Positions 14,501 to 29,500 of a DNA stretch of 64,000 bases are shown here, in pieces. The notes beneath the pieces are model-generated. The model worked only from the letters and a program-made list of their open reading frames with translations. It had not been told where the DNA came from and searched no databases. Position 1 is the stretch's first letter, and each line of letters begins with the position of its first letter. The DNA is from Squalus acanthias (lineage: Eukaryota), in contig CM059432.1 of assembly GCA_030390025.1 (NCBI GenBank), forward strand, positions 82,648,001 to 82,712,000. The letters are read 5' to 3'. The position numbers were made by a program, and so were the translations under genes.

Positions 14501-17500
14501 CTATTTATAGTAACTCTAATTATAGTAACTTTAATCATAGTAACTCTAATTATAGTAACTCCAATTATAGAAACTCTAATTATAGTAACTCCAATTATAG
14601 TAACTCTAATTATAGTAACTCTAATTATAGTAACTCCAATTATAGAAACTCTAATTATAGTAACTCCAATTATAGAAACTCCAATTATAGAAACTCTAAT
14701 TATAGTAACTCTAATTATAGTAACTCTAATTATAGTAACTTTAATCATAGTAACTCTAATTATAGTAACTCCAATTATAGTAACTCTAATTATAGTAACT
14801 CCAATTATAGAAACTCTAATTATAGTAACTCTAATCATAGTAACTCTAATTATAGAAACTCTAATTATAGTAACTCTAATTATAGTAACTCCAATTATAG
14901 TAACTCTAATCATAGTAACTCCAATTATAGAAACTCTAATTATAGTAACTCTAATTATAGTAACTCCAATTATAGTAACTCCAATTATAGTAACTCTAAT
15001 TATAGTAACTCTAATTATAGTAACTCCAATTATAGTAACTCTAATCATAGTAACTCCAATTATAGTAACTTTAATCATAGTAACTCTAATTATAGTAACT
15101 CCAATTATAGTAACTCTAATTATAGTAACTTTAATCATAGTAACTCCAATTATAGTAACTCCAATTATAGTAACTCTAATTATAGTAACTCCAATTATAG
15201 TAACTCTAATTATAGTAACTCTAATTATAGTAACTCCAATTATAGTAACTCTAATTATAGTAACTCCAATTATAGTAACTCTAATCATAGTAACTCCAAT
15301 TATAGTAACTTTAATCATAGTAACTCTAATCATAGTAACTCCAATTATAGTAACTCTAATCATAGTAACTCCAATTATAGTAACTCCAATTATAGTAACT
15401 CCAATTATAGTAACTCTAATTATAGTAACTCCAATTATAGTAACTCTAATCATAGTAACTCCAATTATAGTAACTTTAATCATAGTAACTCTAATCATAG
15501 TAACTCCAATTATAGTAACTCTAATCATAGTAACTCCAATTATAGTAACTCCAATTATAGTAACTCTAATCATAGTAACTCCAATTATAGTAACTCCAAT
15601 TATAGTAACTCTAATTATAGTAACTCCAATTATAGTAACTCTAATTATAGTAACTCCAATTATAGTAACTCTAATCATAGTAACTCCAATTATAGTAACT
15701 TTAATCATAGTAACTCTAATTATAGTAACTCCAATTATAGTAACTCTAATTATAGTAACTCCAATTATAGTAACTCTAATTATAGTAACTCCAATTATAG
15801 TAACTCCAATTATAGTAACTCCAATTATAGTAACTCTAATTATAGTAACTCCAATTATAGTAACTCCAATTATAGTAACTCTAATTATAGTAACTCCAAT
15901 TATAGTAACTCTAATTATAGTAACTCCAATTATAGTAACTCCAATTATAGTAACTCTAATTATAGTAACTCCAATTATAGTAACTCTAATTATAGTAACT
16001 CTAATTATAGTAACTCTAATTATAGTAACTCTAATTATAGTAACTCCAATTATAGTAACTCCAATTATAGTAACTCTAATTATAGTAACTCCAATTATAG
16101 TAACTCCAATTATAGTAACTCCAATTATAGTAACTCTAATTATAGTAACTCCAATTATAGTAACTCTAATTATAGTAACTCTAATTATAGTAACTCTAAT
16201 TATAGTAACTCTAATTATAGTAACTCCAATTATAGTAACTCTAATTATAGTAACTCTAATTATAGTAACTCTAATTATAGTAACTCTAATTATAGTAACT
16301 CCAATTATAGTAACTCTAATTATAGTAACTCTAATTATAGTAACTCTAATTATAGTAACTCTAATTATAGTAACTCTAATTATAGTAACTCCAATTATAG
16401 TAACTCTAATTATAGTAACTCTAATTATAGTAACTCTAATTATAGTAACTCTAATTATAGTAACTCCAATTATAGTAACTCCAATTATAGTAACTCTAAT
16501 TATAGTAACTCTAATTATAGTAACTCCAATTATAGTAACTCTAATTATAGTAACTCCAATTATAGTAACTCTAATTATAGTAACTTTAATTATAGTAACT
16601 CCAATTATAGTAACTCTAATTATAGTAACTCCAATTATAGTAACTCTAATTATAGTAACTCTAATTATAGTAACTCCAATTATAGTAACTCTAATTATAG
16701 TAACTCTAATTATAGTAACTCCAATTATAGTAACTCTAATTATAGTAACTCCAATTATAGTAACTCCAATTATAGTAACTCTAATTATAGTAACTCTAAT
16801 TATAGTAACTCTAATTATAGTAACTCCAATTATAGTAACTCTAATTATAGTAACTCTAATTATAGTAACTCTAATTATAGTAACTCCAATTATAGTAACT
16901 CTAATCATAGTAACTCCAATTATAGTAACTCCAATTATAGTAACTCCAATTATAGTAACTCTAATTATAGTAACTCCAATTATAGTAACTCTAATTATAG
17001 TAACTCTAATTATAGTAACTCTAATTATAGTAACTCCAATTATAGTAACTCTAATTATAGTAACTCAATTATAGTAACTCTAATTATAGTAACTCCAATT
17101 ATAGTAACTCTAATTATAGTAACTCAATTATAGTAACTCTAATTATAGTAACTCTAATTATAGTAACTCCAATTATAGTAACTCTAATTATAGTAACTCC
17201 AATTATAGTAACTCTAATTATAGTAACTCTAATTATAGTAACTCCAATTATAGTAACTCCAATTATAGTAACTCTAATTATAGTAACTCTAATTATAGTA
17301 ACTCCAATTATAGTAACTCTAATTATAGTAACTCAATTATAGTAACTCCAATTATAGTAACTCTATAACTCTAATAGTAACTCCAATTATAGTAACTCCA
17401 ATTATAGTAACTCTAATTATAGTAACTCCAATTATAGTAACTCTAATTATAGTAACTCCAATTATAGTAACTCCAATTATAGTAACTCTAATTATAGTAA

Positions 17501-20500
17501 CTCCAATTATAGTAACTCTAATTATAGTAACTCCAATTATAGTAACTCCAATTATAGTAACTCAATTATAGTAACTCAATTATAGTAACTCCAATTATAG
17601 TAACTCTAATTATAGTAACTCCAATTATAGTAACTCCAATATAGTAACTCAATTATAGTAACTCCAATTATAGTAACTCCAATTATAGTAACTCCAATTA
17701 TAGTAACTCCAATTATAGTAACTCTAATTATAGTAACTCCAATTATAGTAACTCCTAATTATAGTAACTCTAATTATAGTAACTCCAATTATAGTAACCT
17801 CCCCCCAACCTCAATTATAGTAACTCTAATCATAGTAACTCCCAATTATAGTAACTCCAATTATAGTAACTCTAATTATAGTAACTCTAATTATAGTAAC
17901 TCTAATTATAGTAACTCTAATTATAGTAACTCCAATTATAGTAACTCCAATTATAGTAACTCCAATTATAGTAACTCTAATTATAGTAACTCCAATTATA
18001 GTAACTCTAATCATAGTAACTCAATTATAGTAACTCTAATATAGTAACTCAATTATAGTAACTCCTAATCATAGTAACTCCAATTATAGTAACTCTAATT
18101 ATAGTAACTCTAATTATAGTAACTCCAATTATAGTAACTCCAATTATAGTAACTCTAATTATAGTAACTCCAATCATAGTAACTCCAATTTATAGTAACT
18201 CCAATTATAGTAACTCCAATCTATAGTAACTCTATTCATTATAATTATAGTAACTCCAATTATAGTAACTCCAATTATAGTAACTCTAATTATAGTAACT
18301 CTAATTATAGTAACTCCAATTATAGTAACTCTAATTATAGTAACTCAATCTATAGTAACTCCAATTATAGTAACTCCAATTATAGTAAACTCTAATTATA
18401 GTAACTCTAATTATAGTAACTCCAATTATAGTAACTCCAATTATAGTAACTCAAATTATAGTAACTCTAATTATAGTAACTCCAATTATAGTAACTCAAT
18501 TATAGTAACTCCAATTATAGTAACTCTAATTATAGTAACTCTAATCATAGTAACTCTAATTATAGTAACTCCAATTATAGTAACTCTAATTATAGTAACT
18601 CTAATTATAGTAACTCTAATTATAGTAACTCCAATTATAGTAACTTCTAATTATAGTAACTCTAATTATAGTAACTCTAATTATAGTAACTCTAATTATA
18701 GTAACTCAATTATAGTAACTCCTATTATAGTAACTCTAATTATAGTAACTCTAATTATAGTAACTCAATTATAGTAACTCTAATTATAGTAACTCCAATT
18801 ATAGTAACTCCAATTATAGTAACTCTAATATAGTAACTCTAATTATAGTAACTCCAATTATAGTAACTCAATTATAGTAACTCTAATTATAGTAACTCTA
18901 ATTATAGTAACTCCAATTATAGTAACTCTATTATAGTAACTCTAATCATAGTAACTCTAATTAAGTAACTCAAATTATAGTAACTCCAATTATAGTAACT
19001 CTAATCATAGTAACTCCAATTATAGTAACTCTAATTATAGTAACTCTAATTATAGTAACTCTAATTATAGTAACTCCAATTATAGTAACTCTAATTATAG
19101 TAAATCTAATATAGTAACTCAAATTATAGTAACTCAATTATAGTAACTCTAATAATAGTAACTCCAATTATAGTAACTCTAATAATAGTAACTCCAATTA
19201 TAGTAACTTAATTATAGTAACTCTAACTATAGTATCTCTAATATAGTAACTCCAATTATAGTAACTTAATTATAGTAACTCCAATTATAGTAACTCTAAT
19301 ATAGTAACTCAATTATAGTAACTCTAATTATAGTAACTCCAATTATAGTAACTCTAATATATGAAACTCTAATTATAGTAACTCTAATCTAGCTAACCTC
19401 CAATTATGTAACTCTAATTATAGTAACTCTATTATAGTAACTCCAATTATAGTAACTCTAATCATAGTAACTCTAATTATAGTAACTCTAATCATAGTAA
19501 CTCTTCAATTATAGTAACTCTAATTATAGTAACTCCAATTATAGTAACTCCAATTATAGTAACTCCAATTATAGTAACTCTAATTATAGTAACTCCAATT
19601 ATAGTAACTCTAATTATAGTAACTCCAATTATAGTAACTCTAATTATAGTAACTCTAATTATAGTAACTCCAATTATAGTAACTCAATTATAGTAACTCT
19701 AATATAGTAACTCTAATTATAGTAACTCCAATTATAGTAACTCTAATTATAGTAACTCTAATTATAGTAACTCTAATTATAGTAACTCCAATTATAGTAA
19801 CTCAATTATAGTAACTCCAATTATAGTAACTCTAATTATAGTAACTCTAATTATAGTAACTCTAATTATAGTAACTCCAATTATAGTAACTCTAATTATA
19901 GTAACTCTAATTATAGTAACTCTAATTATAGTAACTCCAATTATAGTAACTCTAATTATAGTAACTCTAATTATAGTAACTCCAATTATAGTAACTCTAA
20001 TTATAGTAACTCTAATTATAGTAACTCCAATTATAGTAACTCTAATTATAGTAACTCTAATTATAGTAACTCTAATTATAGTAACTCCAATTATAGTAAC
20101 TCCAATTATAGTAACTCCAATTATAGTAACTCTAATTATAGTAACTCCAATTATAGTAACTCTAATTATAGTAACTCCAATTATAGTAACTCAATTATAG
20201 TAACTCAATTATAGTAACTCTAATTATAGTAACTCCAATTATAGTAACTCTAATTATAGTAACTCTAATTATAGTAACTCCAATTATAGTAACTCCAATT
20301 ATAGTAACTCTAATTATAGTAACTCCAATTATAGTAACTCTAATTATAGTAACTCCAATTATAGTAACTCCAATTATAGTAACTCCAATCATAGTAACTC
20401 TAATTATAGTAACTCTAATTATAGTAACTCCAATTATAGTAACTCTAATTATAGTAACTCTAATTATAGTAACTCTAATATAGTAACTCCAATTATAGTA

Positions 20501-23500
20501 ACTCTAATTATAGTAACTCTAATTATAGTAACTCTAATTATAGTAACTCCAATTATAGTAACTCTAATTATAGTAACTCTAATTATAGTAACTCCAATTA
20601 TAGTAACTCTAATTATAGTAACTCCAATTATAGTAACTCTATTATAGTAACTCCAATTATAGTAACTCTAATTATAGTAACTCTAATTATAGTAACTCAA
20701 TTATAGTAACTCTAATTATAGTAACTCCAATTATAGTAACTCTAATTATAGTAACTCCAATTATAGTAACTCAATTATAGTAACTCTAATTATAGTAACT
20801 CCAATTATAGTAACTCTAATTATAGTAACTCCAATTATAGTAACTCTAATTATAGTAACTCCAATTATAGTAACTCTAATTATAGTAACTCTAATTATAG
20901 TAACTCCAATTATAGTAACTCTAATTATAGTAACTCTAATTATAGTAACTCCAATTATAGTAACTCCAATTATAGTAACTCTAATTATAGTAACTCTAAT
21001 TATAGTAACTCCAATTATAGTAACTCCAATTATAGTAACTCTAATTATAGTAACTCCAATTATAGTAACTCTAATTATAGTAACTCCAATTATAGTAACT
21101 CTAATTATAGTAACTCTAATTATAGTAACTCCAATTATAGTAACTCTAATTATAGTAACTCTAATTATAGTAACTCCAATTATAGTAACTCTAATTATAG
21201 TAACTCTAATTATAGTAACTCCAATTATAGTAACTCTAATATAGTAACTCCAATTATAGTAACTCTAATCAAGTAAACTCCAATTATAGTAACTTTAATC
21301 ATCGTAATTAATATAGTAACTCCAATTATAGTAACTCTAATTATAGTAACTCCAATAAGAATCTATTATAGTAACTCCAATTATAGTAACTCTTATTATA
21401 GTAACTCCAATTATAGTAACTCTCAATTATAGTAACTCCTATTATAGTAACTCCAATTATAGTAACTCTAATTATAGTAACTCCAATTATAGTAACTCTA
21501 ATTATAGTAACTCCAATTATAGTAACTCCAATTATAGTAACTCTAATTATAGTAACTCCAATTATAGTAACTCTAATTATAGTAACTCAATTATAGTAAC
21601 TCTAATTATAGTAACTCTAATTATAGTAACTCAATTATAGTAACTCCAATCATAGTAACTCTAATTATAGTAACTCTAATTATAGTAACTCCAATTATAG
21701 TAACTCTAATTATAGTAACTCTAATTATAGTAACTCCAATTATAGTAACTCAATTATAGTAACTCTAATATAGTAACTCTAATTATAGTAACTCTAATTA
21801 TAGTAACTCCAATTATAGTAACTCTAATTATAGTAACTCCAATTATAGTAACTCTAATTATAGTAACTCCAATTATAGTAACTCCAATTATAGTAACTCC
21901 AATTATAGTAACTCTAATTATAGTAACTCTAATTATAGTAACTTTAATCATAGTAACTCCAATTATAGTAACTCTAATTATAGTAACTTTAATCATAGTA
22001 ACTCCAATTATAGTAACTCTAATTATAGTAACTCTAATTATAGTAACTTTAATCATAGTAACTCCAATTATAGTAACTCTAATTATAGTAACTTTAATCA
22101 TAGTAACTCCAATTATAGTAACTCTAATTATAGTAACTCTAATTATAGTAACTCCAATTATAGTAACTCCAATTATAGTAACTCTAATTATAGTAACTCC
22201 AATTATAGTAACTCTAATTATAGTAACTCCAATTATAGTAACTCTAATCATAGTAACTCCAATTATAGTAACTCTAATTATAGTAACTTTAATCATAGTA
22301 ACTCCAATTATAGTAACTCTAATTATAGTAACTCTAATCATAGTAACTCCAATTATAGTAACTCTAATTATAGTAACTCTAATTATAGTAACTTTAATCA
22401 TAGTAACTCCAATTATAGTAACTCTAATTATAGTAACTCTAATCATAGTAACTCCAATTATAGTAACTCCAATTATAGTAACTCTAATTATAGTAACTCC
22501 AATTATAGTAACTCTAATTATAGTAACTTTAATCATAGTAACTCCAATTATAGTAACTCTAATTATAGTAACTCCAATTATAGTAACTCTAATCATAGTA
22601 ACTCCAATTATAGTAACTCTAATTATAGTAACTCTAATCATAGTAACTCCAATTATAGTAACTCTAATTATAGTAACTCCAATTATAGTAACTCTAATCA
22701 TAGTAACTCCAATTATAGTAACTCTAATTATAGTAACTCCAATTATAGTAACTCCAATTATAGTAACTCCAATTATAGTAACTCTAATTATAGTAACTCT
22801 AATTATAGTAACTCCAATCATAGTAACTCCAATTATAGTAACTCTAATTATAGTAACTCCAATTATAGTAACTCTAATTATAGTAACTTTAATCATAGTA
22901 ACTCCAATTATAGTAACTCTAATTATAGTAACTCCAATTATAGTAACTCTAATCATAGTAACACCAATTATAGTAACTCTAATTATAGTAACTCTAATTA
23001 TAGTAACTCTAATTATAGTAACTCCAATTATAGTAACTCTAATTATAGTAACTCTAATCATAGTAACTCTAATTATAGTAACTCCAATTATAGTAACTCT
23101 AATTATAGTAACTCCAATTATAGTAACTCTAATCATAGTAACTCCAATTATAGTAACTCTAATTATAGTAACTCTAATTATAGTAACTCTAATTATAGTA
23201 ACTCCAATTATAGTAACTCTAATTATAGTAACTCCAATTATAGTAACTCTAATTATAGTAACTCTAATTATAGTAACTTTAATCATAGTAACTCCAATTA
23301 TAGTAACTCTAATTATAGTAACTCTAATTATAGTAACTTTAATCATAGTAACTCCAATTATAGTAACTCTAATTATAGTAACTCTAATCATAGTAACTCC
23401 AATTATAGTAACTCTAATTATAGTAACTCTAATTATAGTAACTCCAATTATAGTAACTCCAATTATAGTAACTTTAATCATAGTAACTCCAATTATAGTA

Positions 23501-26500
23501 ACTCTAATTATAGTAACTCCAATTATAGTAACTCTAATTATAGTAACTCTAATTATAGTAACTCCAATTATAGTAACTCTAATTATAGTAACTCTAATTA
23601 TAGTAACTCCAATTATAGTAACTCTAATTATAGTAACTCCAATTATAGTAACTCTAATTATAGTAACTCTAATCATAGTAACTCTAATTATAGTAACTCT
23701 AATTATAGTAACTTTAATCATAGTAACTCCAATTATAGTAACTCTAATTATAGTAACTCCAATTATAGTAACTCTAATTATAGTAACTTTAATCATAGTA
23801 ACTCCAATTATAGTAACTCCAATTATAGTAACTCTAATTATAGTAACTCTAATTATAGTAACTCCAATTATAGTAACTCTAATCATAGTAACTCCAATTA
23901 TAGTAACTCTAATTATAGTAACTCTAATTATAGTAACTTTAATCATAGTAACTCCAATTATAGTAACTCTAATTATAGTAACTCTAATTATAGTAACTCC
24001 AATTATAGTAACTCTAATTATAGTAACTCTAATTATAGTAACTCCAATTATAGTAACTCCAATTATAGTAACTCTAATTATAGTAACTCCAATTATAGTA
24101 ACTTTAATCATAGTAACTCCAATTATAGTAACTCTAATTATAGTAACTCTAATTATAGTAACTCTAATTATAGTAACTCCAATTATAGTAACTCTAATCA
24201 TAGTAAATCCAATTATAGTAACTCTAATTATAGTAACTCTAATTATAGTAACTTTAATCATAGTAACTCCAATTATAGTAACTCTAATTATAGTAACTTT
24301 AATCATAGTAACTCCAATTATAGTAACTCTAATTATAGTAACTCTAATTATAGTAACTTTAATCATAGTAACTCCAATTATAGTAACTCTAATTATAGTA
24401 ACTCCAATTATAGTAACTCTAATTATAGTAACTTTAATCATAGTAACTCTAATTATAGTAACTCTAATTATAGTAACTCTAATTATAGTAACTCCAATTA
24501 TAGTAACTCTAATTATAGTAACTCCAATTATAGTAACTTTAATCATAGTAACTCTAATTATAGAAACTCTAATTATAGTAACTCTAATTATAGTAACTCT
24601 AATTATAGAAACTCTAATTATAGTAACTCTAATTATAGTAACTCTAATTATAGTAACTCTAATTATAGTAACTCTAATTATAGTAACTCCAATTATAGTA
24701 ACTCTAATTATAGTAACTCCAATTATAGTAACTCTAATTATAGTAACTCCAATTATAGTAACTCTAATTATAGTAACTCCAATTATAGTAACTCCAATTA
24801 TAGTAACTCTAATTATAGAAACTCTAATTATAGTAACTCTAATTATAGTAACTCCAATTATAGTAACTCTAATTATAGTAACTTTAATCATAGTAACTCC
24901 AATTATAGTAACTCCAATTATAGTAACTCTAATTATAGAAACTCTAATTATAGTAACTCCAATTATAGTAACTCTAATTATAGTAACTCCAATTATAGTA
25001 ACTCTAATTATAGTAACTCCAATTATAGTAACTCTAATTATAGTAACTCCAATTATAGTAACTCCAATTATAGTAACTCTAATTATAGTAACTCTAATTA
25101 TAGTAACTCTAATTATAGTAACTCCAATTATAGTAACTCTAATTATAGTAACTCTAATCATAGTAACTCCAATTATAGTAACTCCAATTATAGTAACTCT
25201 AATTATAGTAACTCTAATTATAGTAACTCTAATTATAGTAACTCCAATTATAGTAACTCTAATTATAGTAACTCTAATCATAGTAACTCCAATTATAGTA
25301 ACTCTAATTATAGTAACTCCAATTATAGTAACTCTAATTATAGTAACTCTAATTATAGTAACTCCAATTATAGTAACTCTAATTATAGTAACTCTAATTA
25401 TAGTAACTCTAATTATAGTAACTCTAATCATAGTAACTCTAATTATAGAAACTCTAATTATAGTAACTCTAATCATAGTAACTCTAATTATAGTAACTCT
25501 AATTATAGTAACTTTAATCATAGTAACTCTAATTATAGAAACTCTAATTATAGTAACTTTAATCATAGTAACTCTAATTATAGAAACTCTAATTATAGTA
25601 ACTCTAATTATAGTAACTTTAATCATAGTAACTCCAATTATAGTAACTCTAATTATAGTAACTCCAATTATAGTAACTCTAATTATAGTAACTCTAATTA
25701 TAGTAACTCCAATTATAGTAACTCCAATTATAGTAACTCTAATTATAGTAACTCCAATTATAGTAACTCTAATCATAGTAACTCTAATTATAGAAACTCC
25801 AATTATAGTAACTCTAATTATAGAAACTCTAATTATAGTAACTCCAATTATAGTAACTCTAATTATAGAAACTCTAATTATAGTAACTCCAATTATAGTA
25901 ACTCCAATTATAGTAACTCTAATTATAGTAACTCCAATTATAGTAACTCTAATTATAGTAACTCTAATTATAGTAACTCCAATTATAGTAACTCCAATCA
26001 TAGTAACTCTAATTATAGAAACTCTAATTATAGTAACTTTAATCATAGTAACTCCAATTATAGTAACTCTAATTATAGTAACTCCAATTATAGTAACTCT
26101 AATTATAGAAACTCTAATTATAGTAACTCTAATTATAGTAACTCCAATTATAGTAACTCCAATTATAGTAACTCTAATTATAGTAACTCCAATTATAGTA
26201 ACTCCAATTATAGTAACTCTAATTATAGTAACTCTAATTATAGAAACTCTAATTATAGTAACTCCAATTATAGTAACTCTAATTATAGTAACTCTAATTA
26301 TAGTAACTCAATTATAGTAACTCCAATTATAGTAACTCTAATTATAGTAACTCTATTATAGTAAACTCCAATTATAGTAACTCCTAATTATAGTAACTCC
26401 AATTATAGTAACTCCAATTATAGAAACTCTAATTATAGTAACTCGTACTCAATTATAGTAACTCCAATTATAGTAACTCTAATTATAGTAACTCCAATTA

Positions 26501-29500
26501 TAGTAACTCCAATTATAGTAACTCCAATATAGTAACTCTAATTATAGTAACTCCAATTATAGTAACTCTAATTATAGTAACTCAATTATAGTAACTCCAA
26601 TTATAGTAACTCTAATTATAGTAACTCTAATTATAGTAACTCCAATTATAGTAACTCCAATTATAGTAACTCCAATTATAGTAACTCTAATTATAGTAAC
26701 TCCAATTATAGTAACTCTAATTATAGTAACTCCAATTATAGTAACTCTAATTATAGTAACTCTAATTATAGTAACTCCAATTATAGTAACTCTAATTATA
26801 GTAACTCCAATTATAGTAACTCTAATTATAGTAACTCCAATTATAGTAACTCTAATTATAGTAACTCCAATTATAGTAACTCCAATTATAGTAACTCTAA
26901 TTATAGTAACTCTAATTATAGTAACTCCAATTATAGTAACTCTAATTATAGTAACTCCAATTATAGTAACTCTAATTATAGTAACTCCAATTATAGTAAC
27001 TCCAATTATAGTAACTCCAATTATAGTAACTCTAATTATAGTAACTCTAATTATAGTAACTCTAATTATAGTAACTCTAATTATAGTAACTCCAATTATA
27101 GTAACTCCAATTATAGTAACTCTAATTATAGTAACTCCAATTATAGTAACTCTAATTATAGTAACTCTAATTATAGTAACTCTAATTATAGTAACTCCAA
27201 TTATAGTAACTCTAATTATAGTAACTCCAATTATAGTAACTCTAATTATAGTAACTCCAATTATAGTAACTCCAATTATAGTAACTCTAATTATAGTAAC
27301 TCCAATTATAGTAACTCCAATTATAGTAACTCCAATTATAGTAACTCTAATTATAGTAACTCCAATTATAGTAACTCCAATTATAGTAACTCTAATTATA
27401 GTAACTCCAATTATAGTAACTCCAATTATAGTAACTCTAATTATAGTAACTCCAATTATAGTAACTCTAATTATAGTAACTCCAATTATAGTAACTCCAA
27501 TTATAGTAACTCTAATTATAGTAACTCTAATTATAGTAACTCCAATTATAGTAACTCCAATTATAGTAACTCTAATTATAGTAACTCCAATTATAGTAAC
27601 TCTAATTATAGTAACTCCAATTATAGTAACTCCAATTATAGTAACTCTAATTATAGTAACTCTAATTATAGTAACTCCAATTATAGTAACTCTAATTATA
27701 GTAACTCCAATTATAGTAACTCTAATTATAGTAACTCCAATTATAGTAACTCCAATTATAGTAACTCTAATTATAGTAACTCTAATTATAGTAACTCCAA
27801 TTATAGTAACTCTAATTATAGTAACTCCAATTATAGTAACTCCAATTATAGTAACTCTAATTATAGTAACTCCAATTATAGTAACTCTAATTATAGTAAC
27901 TCCAATTATAGTAACTCCAATTATAGTAACTTTAATCATAGTAACTCTCATTATAGTAACTCTAATTATAGTAACTCCAATTATAGTAACTCCAATTATA
28001 GAAACTCTAATTATAGTAACTCCAATTATAGTAACTCTCATTATAGTAACTCTAATTATAGTAACTCCAATTATAGTAACTCCAATTATAGTAACTCTCA
28101 TTATAGTAACTCTAATTATAGTAACTCCAATTATAGTAACTCTAATTATAGTAACTCCAATTATAGTAACTCCAATTATAGTAACTCTAATCATAGTAAC
28201 TCCAATTATAGTAACTCTAATTATAGTAACTTTAATCATAGTAACTCTAATTATAGTAACTTTAATCATAGTAACTCTAATTATAGTAACTTTAATCATA
28301 GTAACTCCAATTATAGTAACTCTAATTATAGTAACTCCAATTATAGTAACTCCAATTATAGTAACTCCAATTATAGTAACTCCAATTATAGTAACTCTAA
28401 TTATAGTAACTTTAATCATAGTAACTCTAATTATAGTAACTCTAATTATAGTAACTCCAATTATAGTAACTCCAATTATAGTAACTCTAATTATAGTAAC
28501 TTTAATCATAGTAACTCTAATTATAGTAACTTTAATCATAGTAACTCCAATTATAGTAACTCTAATCATAGTAACTCCAATTATAGTAACTCTAATTATA
28601 GTAACTTTAATCATAGTAACTCTAATTATAGTAACTTTAATCATAGTAACTCCAATTATAGTAACTCTAATTATAGTAACTCCAATTATAGTAACTCCAA
28701 TTATAGTAACTCTAATCATAGTAACTCCAATTATAGTAACTCTAATTATAGTAACTTTAATCATAGTAACTCTAATTATAGTAACTTTAATCATAGTAAC
28801 TCCAATTATAGTAACTCTAATTATAGTAACTCCAATTATAGTAACTCCAATTATAGTAACTCTAATCATAGTAACTCCAATCATAGTAACTCTAATTATA
28901 GTAACTTTAATCATAGTAACTCCAATTATAGTAACTCTAATTATAGTAACTCCAATTATAGTAACTCCAATTATAGTAACTCTAATCATAGTAACTCCAA
29001 TTATAGTAACTCTAATTATAGTAACTCCAATTATAGTAACTCCAATTATAGTAACTCTAATCATAGTAACTCCAATTATAGTAACTCTAATTATAGTAAC
29101 TTTAATCATAGTAACTCTAATTATAGTAACTCTAATCATAGTAACTTTAATCATAGTAACTCCAATTATAGTAACTCCAATTATAGTAACTCTAATCATA
29201 GTAACTCCAATTATAGTAACTCTAATTATAGTAACTTTAATCATAGTAACTCTAATTATAGTAACTCTAATCATAGTAACTTTAATCATAGTAACTCTAA
29301 TTATAGTAACTCCAATTATAGTAACTCTAATCATAGTAACTCCAATTATAGTAACTCCAATTATAGTAACTCTAATCATAGTAACTCCAATTATAGTAAC
29401 TCCAATTATAGTAACTCTAATCATAGTAACTCCAATTATAGTAACTCCAATTATAGTAACTCTAATTATAGTAACTCTAATTATAGTAACTCCAATTATA

